Below are positions 1 to 7,278 of a DNA stretch of 47,804 nucleotides, in pieces. The position numbers were made by a program, and so were the translations under genes. Within the stretch, counting starts at the first letter, position 1; each line of letters starts with the position of its first letter. The notes beneath the pieces were generated by a model. The model made no database searches, was not told the DNA's origin, and was given only the letters and a program-made list of their open reading frames with translations. Origin of the DNA: Chthonomonadales bacterium (lineage in GTDB: Bacteria; Armatimonadota; Chthonomonadetes; Chthonomonadales; Chthonomonadaceae); assembly GCA_038217285.1 (NCBI GenBank), contig JBBQPO010000013.1, forward strand, positions 1-47,804. Direction: 5' to 3'.

Positions 1-944
1 ACGACTACATTTGCTACGGACGCCGCTTGCTCCTCCGTCTGCTGGCTTGCGCTCTTGCCCAGAAGTTCGGCATCGGCATTGTCAGCACGTAGGAGTTGCT
101 GCGAGTCCGTGGCTTGCGGCTTGTCAGGGGAGACGGTGCGCAGCAAGGTGTCGGGATGCTCGGGCGCTCGGCTTGCGCGCAGCATCTCTTCGGGGCCGTA
201 CCGTAATCGCTCGCGGATCTGCTCCACAGACTGAAGCGCTGCCTGTCGAAGCGCGGGATCGTCGGCCTTCCTGGCAAATCGTTTCAGCACAAGGATTGAA
301 GAAGAATCGCCAACCACGGCGAGGGCGCCAATCGCGGCAGGGCGGAGCTTGCGACGGAGAGTTTCGAAGGTCGGGGTACTTTTTCCACACACACCACCAG
401 TGCCCACGATCCAATAATCCCAGCCAGGCGGCATTACAAGCTCGTGGAGGCGTTTGCGTTGGAATTCTGTCAGAATCACTTCATCCTCCGCTCGGATCGA
501 TTGCAGCAGGGCACCAAGCAACGCAGCTACCGACTCAATCTCATCATCGTAGAGTACCACCGCCGCAGCTAGCGTCGCTTCGAGGAGGGGACCGATAGCG
601 GAGGGAGGAGCGATTTGCCGGGCATCACTGTGCCCAGGTACGAAGATGCCACGCAGTTCACCGAAGGCCTCGCGAAGACGCTTCTGTTCAGCTAGCATCC
701 ATATACACACTGCAAGGAAAGGGAGTAACAGCGGTAACAGAAACACAAGCAAAATACCGTCGATCGGTCGCTTTAGGAAGGCGTTCACCAACATGAGGAC
801 GAATGGTGAAGCGACGGACACGGCTATCCACGGTGGGCCGGTCCGCCTCATCCATCGAGCGGGAAGACGCAACGCATAGGCGCGCTCAGCCACACGGTTA
901 ATCGCATCGAGTTGCGGCGTAGACGCCATGTTCTGATCATTCAT
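1..944 (-). CDS. Membrane protein (2 TM + HEAT-like helical region + triple LLR tail), candidate Rhs immunity protein; 3' end runs off the window
   Basis: Translated by hand; absent from the ORF track because it has no stop in the window. ATG at 944 preceded by TAAGGAG; open frame to position 1 (MNDQNMASTPQL...WIAVSVASPFVLMLVNAFL...GILLVFLLPLLLPFLAVCIWML...AAIGALAVVGDSSSI...EEMLRAS...DTLLRTV...QQLLRAD). Directly downstream of the Rhs gene on the same strand. Confidence 0.85.
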   Translation of the reverse strand, partial: MNDQNMASTPQLDAINRVAERAYALRLPARWMRRTGPPWIAVSVASPFVLMLVNAFLKRPIDGILLVFLLPLLLPFLAVCIWMLAEQKRLREAFGELRGIFVPGHSDARQIAPPSAIGPLLEATLAAAVVLYDDEIESVAALLGALLQSIRAEDEVILTEFQRKRLHELVMPPGWDYWIVGTGGVCGKSTPTFETLRRKLRPAAIGALAVVGDSSSILVLKRFARKADDPALRQAALQSVEQIRERLRYGPEEMLRASRAPEHPDTLLRTVSPDKPQATDSQQLLRADNADAELLGKSASQQTEEQAASVANVV

Positions 945-967
945 ATTTCGGCACTCCTTAGGATTTC

Positions 968-1000
968 GTGCCGTCGACCAGATTCCCCAGTCGACGGCAC
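968..1000. repeat. Perfect 11-bp inverted repeat (stem-loop) between the Rhs gene and the downstream gene
   Basis: GTGCCGTCGAC (968-978) / GTCGACGGCAC (990-1000), 11-nt loop; no U-tract on either strand. Confidence 0.75.
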
Positions 1001-1018
1001 AACCTTCAGGCGATCATG

Positions 1019-4000
1019 CTACGGAACGAGCCTGTTGCACAATCCGCTAGCGAAGCCGCCCGCGATACTACCGATCCACCCCCCCCAGGGCCCAGGGATC
1101 GCACCACCGAGACACCCCGTGAGGCCACCCGTTGCAATCTGGCAGACGATATTCTCCGGGCTGGGCGGTGGGCAGGCCGCTGCGGAGCATGCTAAACCGA
1201 TGACCGCAGCGCCTATTCCACAGAGTATGCCCACGAAGCATCCCACCCCAGGGCCAGCCAACGCGACGATGGAACCGATCAGCCCACAGAGTGCCCCCGT
1301 GAAGCACCCCATGATAATGGAACAGAAACCGGCGAGGTTAAGTCCACCACCGCCGACCACATCGCCAACCAAGGCACCGACCATTCCAGCGAGACAGCCT
1401 AATCCCGCAGTTCCACCGGCGCTCCCGCCGCCACCTTTGCCGGGGCCGGTGTTGCCGCCAGCGCCGCCGTTACCCAGACCACCGTCATGAGGCCCTCCGT
1501 GCCTTTGAGGCCAATAGCCAGTCGGATCGGACATATCCAGCGGATCGTTGCTGACATAGCCATAGACGTTGACACCACCATCCGTATCCATAGGATCGCG
1601 GTTCAAGAAGCGTCCGGACGTGCTATCGTAGAACCGATGACCGAGCAGTTGCAGTCCCGTCTCCCAATCGGTGAAGTAACCCGTCGTGCCCCCGTAGCCG
1701 CTGTAGGGATCGCTCGTCGCCGTGGGATCGGAACTGTTGACCAGTCTTCCTCCGAAGCTGTCGAAGGCATACGAAGCCACCACGCTGCCCGAGGAGGCGT
1801 CTACCTGCTGGCTCACATTGCCCAAGGAGTCGGATGTGTAAAGCAGCGTTCGTGTCGCCGTGGTGCGCGCCAACACTCCTGACGGGCCAAACGTGGTCAC
1901 CGCCGTTTTTGTTCCTGAAGCGTTCACCTCCAAAACCGGACGATCCACATCGTAGATGAAGTAGGTCGTGCCGGATGCTGTTGTCTTGGAGGCGCGCAGT
2001 CCGTCGCCGCGATACCCAGATGTCATCGCCGTGCCGAAAGCGTTCAGGCGGTTCTCTGCGTCGAAGGTTGTCGTCGTTCCCTTGTAGGTTGTGGGATTGC
2101 CGGAGCCATCGTAGACATTCGCGCTGTTCTGGTTGTCGGCATTGAACGACTGCGCCGCGCCTCGGAAGGTCGTGGGGTTTTCGGCGGCATCATAGGCGCA
2201 GTTCAGAGTGTAACCGCTGCCGACCGTGCTGCTCTCGTGGGTCATCTCCGAGCGCGTATCCTGGGTGTAGTTGGTCGTGCCGCCGAGTGCGGACGCGGCG
2301 GGAAGGGAGCTGACGATCTGCGCAACGCTGCCGCCGGGAGTATATCCGTTTACCGTGTAGCTCGACAGAGTGCTTCCGCCACTTGTCGTTGTGTTCGCCA
2401 GACTGGTGAGGATTCCCCGCGCGTTGCGGGTGTAGTTGACGGTGACCCGGGTTGCGTCCATCTGCTGGCTTAGCCAGTCGTTGTTGAGGTAACTCCAGTT
2501 CCACGTCTGGCCGGAAGGGTTTTGCAGTGAAGTCAGCCGGGTTGCCGCATCGTAGCTATACCCAAAACTCGTGCCGTCCGGCAGGCGCATGGACTGGCAA
2601 CTTTCATCCGGATTGTAGGCATAGGTCAGGGTCTGAGCGGGCAAGCCGGTATAGGTCGTCGTGGCCGTGAGGAGCAGATCGTTGAAGTCGTAGCTCCACG
2701 CCTGCGAACCGCTGCCGTCAGATCTGGACTGTCGGCGTCCATAAGCATCGTAGGCGATATGCACGTTGATACCCGGAGTGGCGGGATACTGCAGGTCCGT
2801 CAGCTTATTCTCCGGATCGTCGTAGACGAAGTTGGTCACCACGCCGCGCCCATCGACGCGCTGAAGGGTATGCCCGAGGTTGTCAAAGGAGGTAAACGAA
2901 ACGATGTCATAGCCCGTGTTGACGTTGGCATTTGGGTAGGAGATCTTCCCAAGGTAGCCGCCCGTCGTATAGGCATACGTTGCCGCATGCGCATTTCCAT
3001 CGGCCATCGAGGTCATTCGGTAGAGAGCGTCGTACGTGGCGGTGAAGGGCTGGGTCGTTCCGGAGCGGGACAGAGTCTCGCCCTCGGGACCGAGGATGGT
3101 GAGAACCTGGAACACCAGGGTGCCCGCCTCGTTGGTCTGCGTCTCTTGCGATTGCGGGCCACCGACGTACTGGTAAGTGTAGCCCACCGTCGCGTGCCCT
3201 GCGCCGGTCATTCCAGTGGTAGGAAAGGTGATCGTGGTCATCTGGTCGGCCAGATTATGCGCGATGTCCATCTCGTTGCCCAATGCGTCGCTCTCGGCGC
3301 TCTTGTTTCCTCGGGCATCGAAGCGGAAGTGCGAGACGTGCCCCAACGGGTCGGTACGCGTCAGGGGCTGACGCAGAGCCGCCGCCTGGTTGTAATTATA
3401 CGCCGGGTCGCTGGTGTAGTTGAAGGTCGTGGTTTCTGTCGTCACGGCGTTGTTGCCGGGGCCGCTCTCCTGGGTCAGGTTGCCGAGGGCGTCGTAGAAG
3501 AAGTTGGCCGCGATCGTTGCCCCCGAGAGATCGCCCGGTTTGGCGCAGGTGATACTTTGCAGCAGGCCGGTGGGTTCGTAGTAGGTGAGCGTGACCGGTA
3601 TCTTCGCGCCGACTTGAATGCTCGTCACCTCGCCCAGCGCGAAGTTGGTGTAACTGATCGTGTTGGTCGTTACGGTGCCGCGCGCCGAAGTAGACGTCAG
3701 ACAGTTTCCGAACTGGTCCCAGGTCGCAGATGTCGTATTCCCGTTGGCGTTGGTCACCGACGAGGGACGATAGATGTTGTTGGGATCGGCAAAGGTTTTG
3801 GTGTACTGAACCACGCCGCTGCCATTGGTGGTACTGATGCCGTTCATGCCGGAATCGAAGCCAGCAGTGTAACTGTAGACCGTAGCGCCCTGGGGGTTTT
3901 TGACCGTGACGAGAGTGTGCGTCAGGTCGGTGGCGCTGTAGTTGCGGCTGTTGCCGTTGGCGTCCACTAACGACGTCACGTAGCAGGTGCCGTTGGTGGC

Positions 4001-6937
4001 GTAGTTGATCGTCGCCGTCGCATTACCCGCCCCGGTCGGCGAGGGAACGGTGATGGTGTGCAGGAACGGAACCTGCTCGGTGCCTTCGCCGTTATTTACC
4101 GCCTGATACCCATAGGCATAACGGTCGGGAGGGTTCAGTGCTCCGGTCGCCACGACCTGACTCACATGATCGAGTTCCTGCATCGACGTAGGATTGGGAG
4201 CGCCCACATTCACATTGGCATACGTGCCCACGTGATACGTGACGCTCCGACCGTAGCGGTCGTTGATCGCCGTCAGGTTGCCCGTGCCATCGCTTGCGCG
4301 GGTGAAGGTGAGCAGATTCTGCCCGCTCCTGTCCGTAATCGCCGAGAGCATGGGAAAATTGCCGCTGCCGGGGTTGCCGTACCAGAAGTTTATGGCGTTG
4401 CCGGTGCGGTCGATGATCTGGCCCAGAGAGTAGAGGATCGCGCTCGTTTGCCCGATGTTCGAACTGCCTCCCACGGCTTTACTCACCGTCGTCGTCACCA
4501 TCTGGGTGCGGTCTGCCATGGTGAGGACATAGTAGCCGCAGGTGTAACCGGGCGCATACTTCCACCTCACCAGCATGGGAAAGCCAGCGGGAAGCGTGCA
4601 GACGACCGAGGGATTCGCCGCCGTGGGAACCGAGGGCGCATTTATGGGAACTTGGGCTCCATTGGGTTCTATGAGGGTGCGGGTGCCAGGTTTGGGCAGA
4701 TAGCTGACGGCGTAGACTTGGAAGGGAGAGGACTGCGGATAGTAGTACTGGTAGCGCACCTCGTAGGTGCCCACAGGCGCAAGAGAAGGAGCCGTCACCT
4801 TAGCCGCCGAGGGAGAACTGAGGGTGACGCTCCAGTTATTGGGAGCGGTCGAGGTGGCAATCGTGGTTCCGTTTTGAACGATGTCCCAGGTCAGTCCGGC
4901 GGCTGGCACATCGGAGCCGGTGAAAGAGACGTCGCCCTGGCCTCCCTGTGGAACCTGCGGTGTGCTGGTGGCGGCATAGACGTCGAAGAAGCCGGACTGG
5001 AAATAGTTGTTGCTGCCGACCTGGGCGCGCATTTCATAACTGCTGCAAAGGGGGGCATTGGCGGGAATGCTCACGGTAAACTGATAGTAGCCGCTGACCG
5101 CCCATCCATTGGGGGAGGCGGAGGAGGCGATGGTGGTTCCGTTCTGGACGATGTCCCAGGTGAGCCCGCTGGCCGGGGCGTCCGTGCCAGTGGAGGGCAA
5201 CATATTGTTGGTGCTGCCTTGCAAAAAGTGCATATCGGCGCGGACGGTAGTATCATAGACGGCGTAGTTGTAGCTGTGCGACCAGCCGACCCCCATGTCG
5301 TCGGAGTTGTATTTCTCCCCTGAGGCACGCAGACTGTTGTAGATGCGACTCCAACTGACCGAGGGGCCGACCGGATTGTAGACTGTCAGATCGGTGCCCG
5401 GTCGGTACTCCTCTTCGCCTGTCGCCAGATTGACCGGATCGCCTGCAGAGGCTCCGCTAAAAGCGTCCGGAGTTACCGTGGTGGGAGGGGCTGTCGTGGG
5501 GCCACCACCATCAGTAGGTGGGGTCTTCTCGCAGGGACATGGATCGCCATCGGGTTTGTTACCGCACAGCAACAGCCGCGTTGGGGCGAGGTAGAGCAGT
5601 AGGTGGCCTGCCAGCCGAGCCGCCAGCCGAGCGGAGACGGCGGGGTTCTGCACGGACAGCGAAGCGAGCACGGTTCGAGGCGTATGGGTCGCCAGGGCGA
5701 GTTCAGCCGTTTTTGAAGCGGGGTGTAGCGCGAACTGCAGCGCCTGCGCCTCGGGGCTGTCGGGCAGGCAGACGGCCAGGTAAGGCCCAGCCTCCATGGC
5801 TTTCCACTGCTTCCAGGTCACCTTGCGCTCACCGCCAGGCCAGGCGCCGCAGTCCGAACAGAGGTAGGTCACTCCCTGCTTGTCCGCATGCGTGAGGGCG
5901 ATAAAGTGGTCGTGCTCCACGAAAGCCACCAGAGGCGAGTTGAGGGCTTGCAACGCCGTGGGATCGGCTTGGCAGGCGACGGTGGTAAGTTTGAGTTTGT
6001 TGGCGGCCTGGATAACGTCTGCGAGGCTGCTGCCTTCTCCCGTCACCCGGCAGAGAGGACGCACGGTCTTTTTGTCATAGGGCAGATGCAGTCCGCGCAG
6101 GCAGGCGGCGAGAGCTTCCACGCCGCAGAGAGGGTCCAAACGATTGGGTTCGGTGATGCCCATTTTGGAGCGCTCGGTGTGGTAGCCGGCGCAGGCAGAG
6201 GCATGGCGCTGGAAGAGAGCGGTCTCGCGACGTTCGATGCCGGGCAGGGGGGTGCGGGAGGTGAGCAGGGTATGCAGAACTTCCGCCGCCTGGGCGTAGC
6301 GTCCTGAGTAGAAGAGTCCAAACCCGATGTCGCGCCGGGCTGCAGCAACAACCGCCTCTGTGGACTGGGTGTCCGAAGGACGCTGTGCCTGATGACGCGT
6401 TCTGCGGTTCGTCTTGACGCTTGCCTGGGCGGCTAGATCGATGGCTGATTTGAAATGGGTGATAGCGTCGAGCGGCTCTTCATCTCTGGCCAGCCGGACT
6501 TCTCCGAGCCACAGATGCAGACGGGCCATTCGGAGGGAAGAGAGTTTCGCATTGGCATCCGTGTGCAGTTGCTTCTGCCATTGCCTCACCTGACCCGAGA
6601 GAAGACTGCCCTTGAGATGCCCAATGTCGTCGAGGAGCGAAAGACCAACGGCACCACGTCTGTTTTTGCCGACCAGCGCGATTTTATGCGCCTCGCCCGG
6701 TGAGAGGGGGCGAAGGTTTTCGCGCAAAGATTTCGGCGGCGAGATGCGTTTAAGATTCGGATGAAGAAGAGGCAGGGATGAGACAATCGGTTTAGCCGAT
6801 ACGGGGTGAGTCGTGGCCGTTTGGTGAGCCAGTACTTTTGCAGGCGTGGAAAGCACGAACGTTCCGGTAAAACTCAGGCTACAGAGTGCAGCAATGTGTC
6901 TCATCCATCTTGGGGTAGAGACGCGGTAAGCAGACAT
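1019..6937 (-). CDS. Rhs/YD-repeat polymorphic toxin-like protein: signal peptide, TPR-like helices, C39 peptidase-like domain, DUF6531-like start, YD repeats, Rhs core, Gly/Cys-rich C-terminal domain
   Basis: Start moved to ATG 6937 (AAGGAGG SD 6 nt upstream), about 1972 aa. N-terminal hydrophobic segment ending VLA; LCGVEALAACL and DHFIAL (C39-like Cys/His); GDPVNLATG; many YD-type repeats; core motifs RFYDSTSGRFLNRDP and YGYVSNDPLDMSDPTG. Confidence 0.93.
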   Translation of the reverse strand: MSAYRVSTPRWMRHIAALCSLSFTGTFVLSTPAKVLAHQTATTHPVSAKPIVSSLPLLHPNLKRISPPKSLRENLRPLSPGEAHKIALVGKNRRGAVGLSLLDDIGHLKGSLLSGQVRQWQKQLHTDANAKLSSLRMARLHLWLGEVRLARDEEPLDAITHFKSAIDLAAQASVKTNRRTRHQAQRPSDTQSTEAVVAAARRDIGFGLFYSGRYAQAAEVLHTLLTSRTPLPGIERRETALFQRHASACAGYHTERSKMGITEPNRLDPLCGVEALAACLRGLHLPYDKKTVRPLCRVTGEGSSLADVIQAANKLKLTTVACQADPTALQALNSPLVAFVEHDHFIALTHADKQGVTYLCSDCGAWPGGERKVTWKQWKAMEAGPYLAVCLPDSPEAQALQFALHPASKTAELALATHTPRTVLASLSVQNPAVSARLAARLAGHLLLYLAPTRLLLCGNKPDGDPCPCEKTPPTDGGGPTTAPPTTVTPDAFSGASAGDPVNLATGEEEYRPGTDLTVYNPVGPSVSWSRIYNSLRASGEKYNSDDMGVGWSHSYNYAVYDTTVRADMHFLQGSTNNMLPSTGTDAPASGLTWDIVQNGTTIASSASPNGWAVSGYYQFTVSIPANAPLCSSYEMRAQVGSNNYFQSGFFDVYAATSTPQVPQGGQGDVSFTGSDVPAAGLTWDIVQNGTTIATSTAPNNWSVTLSSPSAAKVTAPSLAPVGTYEVRYQYYYPQSSPFQVYAVSYLPKPGTRTLIEPNGAQVPINAPSVPTAANPSVVCTLPAGFPMLVRWKYAPGYTCGYYVLTMADRTQMVTTTVSKAVGGSSNIGQTSAILYSLGQIIDRTGNAINFWYGNPGSGNFPMLSAITDRSGQNLLTFTRASDGTGNLTAINDRYGRSVTYHVGTYANVNVGAPNPTSMQELDHVSQVVATGALNPPDRYAYGYQAVNNGEGTEQVPFLHTITVPSPTGAGNATATINYATNGTCYVTSLVDANGNSRNYSATDLTHTLVTVKNPQGATVYSYTAGFDSGMNGISTTNGSGVVQYTKTFADPNNIYRPSSVTNANGNTTSATWDQFGNCLTSTSARGTVTTNTISYTNFALGEVTSIQVGAKIPVTLTYYEPTGLLQSITCAKPGDLSGATIAANFFYDALGNLTQESGPGNNAVTTETTTFNYTSDPAYNYNQAAALRQPLTRTDPLGHVSHFRFDARGNKSAESDALGNEMDIAHNLADQMTTITFPTTGMTGAGHATVGYTYQYVGGPQSQETQTNEAGTLVFQVLTILGPEGETLSRSGTTQPFTATYDALYRMTSMADGNAHAATYAYTTGGYLGKISYPNANVNTGYDIVSFTSFDNLGHTLQRVDGRGVVTNFVYDDPENKLTDLQYPATPGINVHIAYDAYGRRQSRSDGSGSQAWSYDFNDLLLTATTTYTGLPAQTLTYAYNPDESCQSMRLPDGTSFGYSYDAATRLTSLQNPSGQTWNWSYLNNDWLSQQMDATRVTVNYTRNARGILTSLANTTTSGGSTLSSYTVNGYTPGGSVAQIVSSLPAASALGGTTNYTQDTRSEMTHESSTVGSGYTLNCAYDAAENPTTFRGAAQSFNADNQNSANVYDGSGNPTTYKGTTTTFDAENRLNAFGTAMTSGYRGDGLRASKTTASGTTYFIYDVDRPVLEVNASGTKTAVTTFGPSGVLARTTATRTLLYTSDSLGNVSQQVDASSGSVVASYAFDSFGGRLVNSSDPTATSDPYSGYGGTTGYFTDWETGLQLLGHRFYDSTSGRFLNRDPMDTDGGVNVYGYVSNDPLDMSDPTGYWPQRHGGPHDGGLGNGGAGGNTGPGKGGGGSAGGTAGLGCLAGMVGALVGDVVGGGGLNLAGFCSIIMGCFTGALCGLIGSIVALAGPGVGCFVGILCGIGAAVIGLACSAAACPPPSPENIVCQIATGGLTGCLGGAIPGPWGGWIGSIAGGFASGLCNRLVP
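4700..5230 (-). repeat. Intragenic tandem duplication (~90 aa unit) in the Rhs protein
   Basis: TGTDAPASGLTWDIVQNGTTIASSASPNGW and TGSDVPAAGLTWDIVQNGTTIATSTAPNNW; matching DNA (atgtcccagg at 4881-4890 and 5151-5160) offset by 270 nt. Boundaries approximate. Confidence 0.85.
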
Positions 6938-7088
6938 GAGAAACCTCCTTGATATCCTATGCGAAACAGCAAACATAAGATAAACAGCGCCCGTCACTTA
7001 TCGTGTATTCAGATTTTCAAACCCTCGCGATTATTTTGTCAGCACACTTTCAAACCAGTGACAAGTGCCGTACGTGTGTTACGAAAAT

Positions 7089-7117
7089 AGTATAGCAAAA
7101 AACAATTCTGCTGTCAA
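7089..7117 (-). promoter_or_regulatory. Sigma70-type promoter for the Rhs gene
   Basis: Minus strand TTGACA-17 nt-TATACT with extended -10 TG, in an AT-rich intergenic region ~150 nt upstream of the Rhs start. Confidence 0.75.
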
Positions 7118-7211
7118 GAAATATTTTGGAATGTCTGAAAATAATTTAGGCTATACATAAGAAGTAGTTATCCACGCATTCACATAGAGCAAATGAGCGT
7201 TCCAAAGAGCC

Positions 7212-7246
7212 TCGGGCGCACATTCCGCGTAGGAATGTGCGCCCGA
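7212..7246 (-). terminator. Hairpin downstream of pnp (probable terminator)
   Basis: Perfect 15-bp stem TCGGGCGCACATTCC / GGAATGTGCGCCCGA, 5-nt loop, ~30 nt after the pnp stop; only a weak U-tract (GGCTCTTT). Confidence 0.65.
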
Positions 7247-7278
7247 TAGGTTTGATCCGCTATGGGAGTCGGTCGCGA

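Noticed and set aside
11-879. Plus-strand ORFs 11..598 and 646..879 and short minus ORFs 14..277 and 124..414
   Set aside because: Shadows of the real minus-strand gene starting at 944, which has an SD, TM segments and a paralog.
2759-5323. Long plus-strand ORFs antisense to Rhs (similar ones oppose pnp, czcA and DUF1592)
   Set aside because: Antisense open frames are expected opposite GC-rich genes; no motifs or SD.
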